NCBI GenBank assembly: GCA_025786725.1
Contig: JAHLTZ010000065.1
Location: 2,624 to 66,623, forward strand
Source: Syncephalis fuscata S228
Taxonomy: Eukaryota; Fungi; Zoopagomycota
Length of the DNA stretch: 64,000 bases
Direction of reading: 5' to 3'
Shown: in pieces, positions 53,401 to 64,000 of the stretch
Layout: every line of letters starts with the position of its first letter
Numbering within the stretch: the first letter of the stretch is position 1
Made by a program: the position numbers and the translations under genes
The notes under the pieces: generated by a model
What the model saw: the letters and a program-made list of their open reading frames with translations, nothing else
Database searches by the model: none
Told to the model about the DNA's origin: nothing

Positions 53401-55830
53401 CCGTTTTGCATACTCTATATTTTATATCTATTCTGGTATATCCTATTCTATATAAACAAGTTGCAAGCTGCTTAAAGCCGGTATTCATTTGACTCTAGCG
53501 TCATTAATAGTAATACTTAACCTATCGCGCTTATTGGCTGTTGGCTTATTGAACTATAGCACTATAGCTTCAATGCATTACTCACGCCTCTCTGTTATAT
53601 ATTCATTCTATTATAATGCATTCCATTATATAGCACCTAATATATACTCAAAACTGTCGTCTATTTGTCAATAGTTTTATTGTTTACAAATTCTAATTCA
53701 GTTGGATTATTGAGCTATATGCGCTATAGTTTCACCGCTATCACTCATGCCTTTCCTTTGTATATTCATTCTATTATATGTAATTCTAGTATATAGTATT
53801 GCAGTTTATTTGGAACTGTTTTGCCGTCCGGCGTTAGCTCTGCTCATTATGGTTTTTGTTTATCTCGCTCATTTGTTCATGCATATATATACACTATAAT
53901 GTTAATACTACTATTTACACACATTTGTTTTGTTTTGTTTTTGTCTTATATCGTTGCATAGTCTAATAGCTAGCATTATTGGTAAAAGTTGCTTGCTTGT
54001 CGCTAGCTGTATTTGTTAAAAATTCAACTCTACTGCTTCTATTGCTTATTGAGTGTATGCATAGTAACTTTATCAAGATCATGTATTATTTAAAGTAAAT
54101 CTAGCTATTGCAGGATGAGTGTTGGCCAAGGATGTAGCATATATATAAGTATTATAATTATCCTATATTGTTTATTGAAAAGTAATCACAGTGTTTTATA
54201 GCTATTCAAGCATAATAATAAAGCACAGACACAGTAGCAATAGAATCGGTAATAATATAGCGCGATGCACGTTGATTATTAATTCACTACATTACAGCGA
54301 CAGTTAAGGCAATTTGCATATTACTACAGTATACATAGCGTAACAAGCATATGTTGTTTAGAATACAATGTCAGTAAATTATAGATATGCTTGGGCATTT
54401 GAGATTAGTAAGCAAGCTGAATGTTTTGGCATAGTATCAACCGATACGGATGTCAACGCGTTCAAACAGCTAAGTCCTTAGTGCGCAATAGATTACTGAT
54501 CGCCAGACAACTTGTAATTTATGCTGCAGCACTTGAAGCGGTCGCACTTTTACTTAGAATGTTGCCGAGTATAGCTACGTGTACAATTAGATATATATAT
54601 ACATTACTATTTGTCGTATTCTGCCAAGTACTTGTGCAATACTGTGTCTAGTATGTCTAGTAAACTACAACCATACCTACCGAGTACACTGATATACACA
54701 TCCATGCATGTATTTTACATATAGCAAAACCATCAGCTATTTATAATGTAAAACAACAAGCTATTACAAACTGTTGTAGTAGTGAACTGGCTACATAAGC
54801 TAAATGATATGTATCTGCATCAGTAACAAAACTACGGTAATTACAACTCACTTACCAACAAACCACCTTTAAACCAAGTTTCAATATAAACGTGCTGTAT
54901 AAAGCATTGGCATTGTTTATGGTGTTAAAAGTATACAGATATACTAGAATATAAATCAATCAAATAAGTAACGAAGCAATTGTATAAATAAAATACACTG
55001 TATGTTATGAATATTAAATATATACAAGTGACTTGAATAAACACCATTATATGTTATTACAGCTACATGTATTGTGTAAATGATTTGCTATTGCTTCAGC
55101 CGTGTACACGCGTTATTAATAGGCGCTATTAATACGCGATAGGCATGGTGGTGGCGTATTTATGAAAAGTAAACACAAGACCACGTGCTTTGTCTATTTG
55201 TTGTTGTGATCACGCCATCCAGTTTATCGGACTATTTACCGGTTTAGCAAGGTGTACACGGACCATTTGATATTATGTCCGATGCAGGCCTGTTTTGGTT
55301 AGTGAGATTGCATTAAGCTGCATGAGTACAGGAAGATGCTACAAGTTGTGTATACAGCTACTCAATACAATAAACGATAATACAAAGTATTGGATGTGAG
55401 TGTAAGATAATTAAGTAACGATTTACTATGTAAAAAGCCGCGCAAAATCAATCTGTAGTGTTCTATAACGCTTTCTGTTTATTTCCTTTCACAACTCTGT
55501 TTACTTACTTACTACATTGCTGTAGTTTTGTTGTTATTGTTTATAAATTGTTTATTAAAGGTAAGCAAGTGTTGCGTTTGCGCTGATTAATGGATAGTGC
55601 TATGACTGCTGCACCAAGTTGTTTTGTTGCGTAACACTTTGCACTGTGCATGCTTTGCTTGTTTACTTATTCAACCGCGTATTGCATCCTTGGCACATGC
55701 ATAAATCATCTACCTAATTAAACTGAATAGTTTGGTTGGTTATGCTGCGCTCGCACTTGAGTTTTATATGCTAGCTACATGGTATTGATTATCTGTTATG
55801 TGCGCTTTGCTATAGCTTAAGTAGTTCAAT

Positions 55831-56378
55831 ATGACTACTTCATGTCATACACGCGGCGGCATAATTGCTGCCACCTTACCTTTGCGCGTTCAGAAACGCA
55901 CCTTTTCTGAGACACATATGGCGCAAGGTAACAAGACGGTCTTGAAAAAGGCCCGCGTGACAAAGTCCGTATCGGATCGGATACTGACTTTGTCAACACC
56001 AGTCTTTGCTGGACCTACGTTCAGCTTTTCTGCCCATTACTACTGCTTAACTGGGGTGTTTACGAGACAGCCCCAATGGATGGTGTTGAGGCAGTCGATG
56101 CCTTCACCTTTGGCTCGCATTACAGCTCGCCCAGCGGTGCTGCTGACGAGGCAGTGCCAATGGATGGTGTCGAATACACCAGCAAGCGTCAACCTGAAAA
56201 GCAAAGGCATGCAAAAACGGGGCAGCTTTCAAAATGGCAGCTCCAAAGCCGCGCCGTCACGGTGTTGTGCGCGGCACCAGTGACCAGGTTCAGGCAAGTA
56301 CAAGTAGTAATGCGGCGGGGAAACAGCCGGCAGTTCAAGAAGTGGCTATTCGGCGGCCACAAATCCGCCTTACCATAG
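55831..56378 (+). CDS. Hypothetical protein or pseudogene (two overlapping frames)
   Basis: GC-elevated island with ATG preceded by a plausible 5'UTR intron (GTAAGC at 55561 ... TATAG ~55815); no recognisable domain. Confidence 0.3.
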
Positions 56379-59300
56379 ACGGAAAAGGCGTACTCCTATA
56401 AAGTACGGTAAGTAAATGTATCAATCAAATAAAGCAATACTAATACTACTTTAGATACCATTGTAATAAGGCGGGGCCAACAGATAAGCGGCACTGTACA
56501 CCGGGCTCTGTCGTTCAACTATAGAACTTGACAGGGACTGGGAACAGTAGCCACTTGTCGTTTTAATGGGCTAGCCACTTTTGCCGAATCACATTTTGTT
56601 TTATTTTGTTTTATAAGCTTTGTACTAATAAATCAGTTTACAATCACTTATTACAAATTAATACCAATACTAATGTTTAGACAACAACTATTTAGGCAAT
56701 AAAATACAACACCACTTCTGGACTATTAATCGATTTAAATTAATAGATCATTTATTGTAAGTAACATATTAATGAATATTAATATTTACATCCAATTAAT
56801 ACTGTTTACTAGATTTACAACAACTGGAAACTACTGTATTACTTTGTACAAATATATAATCGATTGACGAGTACAAAGAATTATTATGCGATATTTATAT
56901 TTGATTTATTTGAACAATTGGCAAGCTATACTGTATAGTAATAGCAAGTATATAACACTTTCTGTTGCTCAATTGCATTTAGCACTACATAATTTGCCTC
57001 TATAAGCAATTTATTATTCATTTAGTATGATTTGGGATTGAATGGATAAATTAATCATATTTATTTATTGATATAAAACTGAGTGGTGGGTGACGTCAGT
57101 CATTAAAATACTTGCCATTACAAATTCATCATCCCTGTCACTATGCATATGTTTTATATAAATACAGCATCTTCTCATTGCATAGCTATTATATTGCATA
57201 TAGTTATCTCTCATAGCAGCTATTTTATATTTAAGACTATTTTCAGTCGACCGCTGGTTTCTTTTGCTCGTTACCCTATATACACACACACAATAGCTCT
57301 CTTACTATTATTTATAATGCCATCATTATTTGGCAGTATTAATATATTGTCTATTTCAAAATAGCTATGCATTACTTTTACAAATGCTCAAGCATAAGGA
57401 CTAAATATAGACAAACCAAAATAGGATTATCAGTAGTGGTTGTCATAGTGTGGCATAATCGTCAACGTTTACAACACAATAATAATTAACTGCTTTCATT
57501 GCTGCATATAATAGCAGCTCGATTTAACAGCAAACGGCAAATAATAAATATTCAAATTAACTATAGCTACTATATTTAATACAATTAGTATTTGCCTAAA
57601 AGCGTGCCTGTTCAATTGGTATTAACGTTCATTGTCGTTATTTGGGGCTTGAAGTACTATCAACCATACGGTACAGATTAATGAGCTATTAACAGCATTC
57701 ATTAGCCATACCATGTACAGCCTAAACTCGATTACACATGTTACCTAATCATGATACTGCACAGGCATACTTGCATCCAAGTAATAACAATACTGTGTAG
57801 CACCATATAATGCCAACGTTACCTATATGCTAATAAATATATGCTATATCGGTATTGTACATAATACATTAGTCTTATTAGTGCTTTGACACAGCATATT
57901 AATTTTTATAGAGCAATTTGTGTGTAGCGACACAAACAATACATTATCCATCATACAATTGCTTTCTTTTTGCTTACAACAAACCCACTGCTGTTTTATT
58001 GTTTAACACTATCTTTTAACAAGCAAGTAATTGAGAATACACATATATTGCCTTTATAATTGCTGCTTGTTGTGTGCATTTTGATTTGCGCCGTATACTT
58101 TTTTATTACTTGTATATAAAGTGCTGCTTAGCGGTTTGGACTTTTGTTTGCAATTGTAGCCGCGTTTTTGTTATATATATTATTAACATAATGTTAATTG
58201 TTTGCATTTTGTGCATATTAGTATACTAAATCCATGTATTTATAACTAACAATCCAATGCATTCGAGCCTCGCAGAGTGTCATTGCTGCGCCACAGAACA
58301 ACAATGGTTACTTATGACAATAACATGTACACTGTTAGTAGTCAGGTAACTGCTTATATACAAAAAATTTAGTGTTTAAATTTGATTAATTTATCTGTAC
58401 ACAAGTATTATTGTCACCACTGGTGTGTATGGTTAGTGGCTGACCAGGCTAATGCAAACTGTTGCTAAGCCGTCACTTGAGCATGCAGCAATTGAGGAGC
58501 GACTGAATTATAACCATGTAAATACCAAAATATTGCATGTAGGTGCATTTATTATGCTTTTAAATTATATGCTAATATGTAAACCATAAAATCATAGACA
58601 ACAGTTGAGATCATTACTCGACTAGCGGTCGATATGTTTGCGGTGATGTTACCTCCAACTGGTCAAAAATAATTTTGAAAGGGGAATACAAACCGACCTG
58701 TAAAAACGTTAAACTGGCGATGTTTGTGCCACAATATATGTAAACATCGCTAGTGTCAATAATATGCTGTGCAACGACACAGTTACAATCGGCAGCAACA
58801 CTATGCAGTTGTCGCTAAACAATAAGGTAGGACGGCTGCCATCAAGACATTCTCTGTTTTCTCTTCTTCGTATTTCCTTTCACATCCATCGCACATTACT
58901 TTTTTTTCTTTTTTTCTTAGCCAGACTACTCCTATCAAAGAGGTAGAATACACAGATGCCTATGATCTGGCACCGGTGCAACAAAACACAATCATAAGTA
59001 ATAGTGATTACAGCATAGCAATATTAATAGCATAGCAATATTAATAGCATACTTAATTGTAAATAACAATAGTTTGGGCGGACCAAGTAAGCCGTGGCAG
59101 TAAACCGGGCTTTGTCGATTCTAATTATACCTCGGCAAAAACTGAAAACAATTACTGCTTACTCTCAATGGGCTAGCTTATTCTGGCCGTGGCTGAATGT
59201 TTGTATTAGCAATTCTAGCTGTTACAATAAAATCAGTGTTAAGTACAAAGAACCAACTAGCAATGCAAACAAATAATAACAATAATAATAGTACATCATT

Positions 59301-60334
59301 TTCATTCACTGCAACACAATAAAAATTAAAATAAAAAAATCCAAATTAAACAAGTATCACGATGTATAAACTATAAACGTTATGCTAACAAGCAAACAAT
59401 TAGAGCATTAGACACTGCGAAATATATAATGTATTATTATAATGTAACACGTAAATATTTGCAAAAAAGAGCTATTTCTAATTAGTGTATAAATAGTTAT
59501 ATATAGCAATAATGGCAACCTTGAGTAAAGTAATGTGGCATATCATGCCGATGGTTTTAGCATTTATATTTAATCTAGCCAAAAACCTTTACCAAATAAC
59601 ATAAACTACGCAACAGCTATCTCGTTGATTTGGTTTGTATAAATATGCCCCGTATCTATTCCATGTTAAATCCAGTATATTGGTTTATTGCATTCAATGG
59701 AATCTACTTTATCTAACTATGATTAATGAACATTGGATAGCCCTAAATAGTATTTGTATAAACAATAGGTTTTTTGTTTGGTAAAGTACCATCTTTACAA
59801 ATAAGCTGGCGAGACCAGGTATTATATGATACCGAGTTGTCTTCAGTTTTGAAGCATTCATAGTTAGACTATCGCCAATTGATGCAATCATTAAACTACT
59901 CATAACCGCTACAATGCTTTAACAGTATACTATGGCAAGACAAAGACGAAGAAAATGTACATAAGTTAAATAATGAAGTAAAAAAGACTGCAACAGCAAT
60001 GGTAATGACGATGTTTATTGATTACGCTGTTGCAGCACCAAGAGTAAGAAATAGTGGTTTGTGTAAATAGTGTTGATATATATATTAACTATAACTATAC
60101 AAAGTATTGTTATTGTTGATTGTAATCAAAAATACGTATTGATAGCCATTACATATAGGCTATGTTCAATATTCTAATGCTATTCATATACTACTAATGA
60201 TAATTAATAAACCAATTATACTATTAATCATGCTGATCAGGCAACATAAATACGTGACCAATAATGATGATGATGAATCTTAATATAAATACATTAAGAA
60301 CGGCAGGCATTACCACATAAATTAACGTTAACAA

Positions 60335-60900
60335 TTAACAATTGACTATGCATTAAATAACTGATTAATTAACATACTTTTTGGTTAGTATTTGTGTAGG
60401 CTTATATTGTCAAAATGGCAAAGGGGACTGTTACAGCCTTTTTGATTGATCAAGCAATTTTCATTGATTTTTAGTTCCATCATTAATTTAGCTAAAAGTA
60501 TTTAATGCCATTTATTATGGCCGCATAGTTTTAGGGCATCGATACATATAAATGATGTATTCTTAAAAAATTATGCAAAAGTACTAACAGCTAAAAAGTG
60601 CTTGAAAATATCATTTTTTGGGACAATATTGTTGCTTCTGCTTGTAACATCTTTCCGTGATTTTTCAAAAATACATAATTTATATGTATCAGTGCCCCAA
60701 GATTATGCAATTGTAATAAATTTATTGTGTATTTATAGCTATATTATTAATGGAATTAAAAATTAGCGAAAATTGCTTAATCAATCAAAAAAGCAGCAAT
60801 AATCTTTTTTGCCATTTTGGTAATAAAAACACACAAATACTAATCAAAAGCTGCATTAATTAGTCAGTTATCTAATAAACAGTCAATTAGATTTTTGTTA
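60335..60900. mobile_element. Fold-back/MITE-like element: ~250-bp diverged inverted arms with short spacer
   Basis: AATTGACTATGCATTAAATAACTGATTAATTAA pairs with TTAATTAGTCAGTTATCTAATAAACAGTCAATT; TTTGATTGATCAAGCAATTTTC pairs with GAAAATTGCTTAATCAATCAAA; GATACATATAAAT pairs with ATTTATATGTATC. Confidence 0.7.
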
Positions 60901-62699
60901 GCACTTATTAATTTTTCATGTTGCCTAGCTAGTTTTGTTAATGCCATGGCTGGTCTATTAACATTGATTAGTAGCATATGATTAGACATTACAATATTGA
61001 CACTATTGATATACAATAACTATTAGCATGTATTTGATTACAATGAATAGTTATAGAAATAGTATCAATTGATGGTGCTACATGTGCATTAACATATATC
61101 GCAACAATTGCATATTGCTTGACTATATTGTTTGCTAATACAGCAGCCAGTATGTACAACTTATTAGCGTATTAGCATTAGCCACTAGTAATGTAGGCTG
61201 GCTGTTACCGATAATACTGTAAGCATACTAGGCAGCAGTTTTATACTCGTATTTATTACTGATGAATGCTAGTGTTGTTGTTGCTATGTATCACTAGATG
61301 CGTATGTATATAAATATCAGCTGTCTGATATGGCGTTTATATTGTAATATTAACAACAATGCTAGTAGTGATTACTAGGTCAATGTGGTTAGCAATGTAG
61401 TATGTCAGATAGTTATTGATGTGCATGCATTTACCACTGTTGACTACAGCTGGCAAGACATGCAAATTGTATAAACATAGTTAGTACACATCTGCACTAT
61501 GTCTAATGAAGCCAACTTTGTCTTCAGTTGCCGATCCTGTTGATAACAACTATCTAACAGCAGACACTGACTTATACATTAATTGCTTACAATAATGCAT
61601 ATGTTTATTGATTGTATAACAATCGATGCATCAATAGCTAGTATATACTGGTGTATACTGTTACCAAAAATGCTAATATTAGTGTCATGTTAATTAGCAA
61701 ATAAATCGGTACATCATTAATATGGTATTTTGCTAATCCAGGCAATAAGTCAGTCCATTGTTAAGTGTGATTAGCTGTGTTATATATACAGCAATTATTG
61801 TGTATATTGCTTTATCGGTGCATATGTGCTAACATTTGGAAAGACATAGCTGGGTGTCACTATAAACACGTCATTGTGTATCATTTATTAAAAGCTTCTG
61901 TTTTATATTTATAATAAAAACTATGTTTTATTATTCTGTACGGGCATACTCTCTACACACATGTATTATTCTCATTGCATATCTATGCCATTTTATATTA
62001 ATCTTTAATATATTAAATGCATTCCAGTCATTCCATTCGTTATATATTTTCACAAGTTTATAAACTAGTACAATACAATAATTATGTATTGCAATATGCT
62101 ACAAACACATACCAATACATAATACTATTGTGTGTTGTACCCGCCACTTATATAGTTAAATTAAAATAAGATAAAAAATAAAGGTTTGCTGAGTTTTATT
62201 TATAGATCTATACAACTCACTATATGGTTATCAATATATTTTAAATCATTATACTTTTAAATCCACACAATTAATATTATCTAATTCTAACACTATTACA
62301 CATAAACAGATTTACTAATGTTTATTATGTTTATGACATCAATAAATACTTTACAAGAATCTATCACAACTTTACAAATACTTACTAATTAGTTTACTTT
62401 CTTCCCTCCTCTATAGCCAACATTGCTATAAATACAATAGTAATTACTTACATCAAATTAAAATTATTCTTTTATCAAACATTCATTTATCTTCATTGTT
62501 ATAATCTAACCCAGCCATAACAGTTATACCTCTACATAATACTATACAATTGTGTAGTTTATATATTATAAATTAAATGTAGTATACAGCAATATATACC
62601 CGCTAATGAATACACAAGTGTACACACAATGTTAGCAGTTGACACAGTAGCTATATCATGCAATAGCTAACAGTACCATTATAGGCAAATGAGTGCAGT

Positions 62700-63430
62700 G
62701 ATCATTAATAATTAATCAGTAAACTAATTATCAACAACAGTCGTTATTAGTTAATTAACTAATCATAAGCAAAATCATTATTAACTAATTGGCTACTTAA
62801 TTATTTAATAAATTATTGTTCACTGCTTAATTTATTAATTATCAACCAGTAATCACCATTAACTAACTAACTAGTGTTAAACAACGATCATTATTATTTA
62901 AACTAATTGACGAGTATTAAATAGCAGCCATTATTAACTAATTAATTATTAAACAACAGTCATTATTAGCTAATTGATTAACTGTTAAACAACAATCGTT
63001 ATTAACTTAATTAACTAAACTAATTAACTGATTATTAACTAGCCAGTTGATTGACTAATATTAGCTGGCTATTACTATTGGTTAACTAGGCTAATTAATT
63101 AACTAATATTAAACAACAATCACCATTGACTAATCAACTAATTAACAAGTATTAAACAGCAACCATTATTAGTTGACTAAAACAATTGATTAATTAGTCA
63201 ACTAATTAACTATTAACTGAATTATTAATTAACACAATTTTACTTAACTTTTTAGTTTATATTCTATTATTAAATGGCAAGAAATATTCTTACACTTTTA
63301 GATAAATATTAATTAACTTTTAATTAACTTTTAGTCTATTTTTATTAACAAAATGGCAAGGGATACCCTTACATTTCTAGTAATTATTGCTTAACTTTTT
63401 ACTTAACTTTAGTTAACTTTTAATTAACTT
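62700..63430. repeat. Degenerate AT-rich tandem repeats
   Basis: Recurring CATTATTAACTAATT...TTAAACAACA motifs, then an ~80-bp unit (TTAACTTTTTAGT...AAATGGCAAG...CTTACA) present twice. Confidence 0.65.
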
Positions 63431-63492
63431 TTTTGCGTATATTTGGTCGATTTTTGTTGGATTTTTGTCGGATTTTTTTGGGAAAAACGGCC

Positions 63493-64000
63493 CAACTCCC
63501 CGTATTTTTAATTCCACGGATACTTGTCCTAAAAATACACGGTGCCACTTGTTCGAACCGCAAGAAGCAGGCGCGTCGATCCTGATATGCTAAATAATCG
63601 CCAAAAATCGTGGGAATGCGTGAAAAATACGCGGAGTTGGACCTCCATACAAAAAACGGCACTTTTTGCATGTTTTGATTTTTAATTCATTGGATAAATT
63701 TTTGGCGATTTTTTTGAATATATAGATCGACGCACCATATTATTGCGGTCCGAACGAGTGGTCCTGTGTATTTTTAGAGCAAGTATCCGTAGAATTAAAA
63801 ATACGGGGAGTTCTAGTTTGCTGGTTATAGGGGATATCTTAGGATTTCGTGAAATATGCCACTATAAACTAGTCATCAAACTCCCGTATTTTTAATTCTA
63901 CGGATACTTGCTCTAAAAATACACAGGACCACTCGTTCGGACCGCAATAATATGATGCGTCGACCTATATATTCAAAAAATCGCCAAAAATTTATCCAAA
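63493..64000. repeat. Nested inverted-repeat (palindromic) complex, truncated at window end
   Basis: 63691-63812 and 63879-63998 are near-perfect inverted copies with a ~66-bp spacer; 63493-63563 is a third, more diverged copy. Confidence 0.85.

Noticed and set aside
62700-63430. A second micro-exon array
   Set aside because: The repeats lack regularly spaced AG-NNN-GT junctions on either strand and no signal-peptide exon is adjacent.

Overview
AT-rich, intron-dense eukaryotic DNA from a fungus, probably an early-diverging lineage (it has U12-type AT-AC introns; the gene families resemble Zoopagomycota such as Syncephalis, which is inference only). Housekeeping genes: OMA1 (partial), RAD2/XPG, a carbonyl-reductase-like SDR, URA5, PEX10, BET3, SIN1/AVO1, WDR83/MORG1, mitochondrial Lon (PIM1) and an SH3+RA polarity-type protein. 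Lineage-specific genes: three paralogous multi-pass membrane proteins, a secreted pseudokinase and a small secreted protein. Main discovery: the apparent ~81-bp satellite at 12.5-16.0 kb is a minus-strand gene missed by the ORF track. It has 34 tandem GT-AG introns separating 33 micro-exons (32 of 3 nt, one of 6 nt). Splicing them by hand gives a 72-aa prepropeptide: signal peptide, pro-region ending in RR, and a 34-aa six-cysteine mature peptide (YSYSCDQCVRDQCDPNSWKITRWFCKREWCSNYC), with the stop codon formed at the last splice junction. Two tRNA-derived SINE copies sit at the same position in two of these introns. Also present: three ~0.75-kb TIR elements carrying decayed Fanzor/TnpB C-termini, a 1.2-kb near-identical duplication, a fold-back/MITE-like element and a palindromic complex at the right edge. 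Several conserved genes show 1-nt frame breaks, suggesting assembly indel errors.
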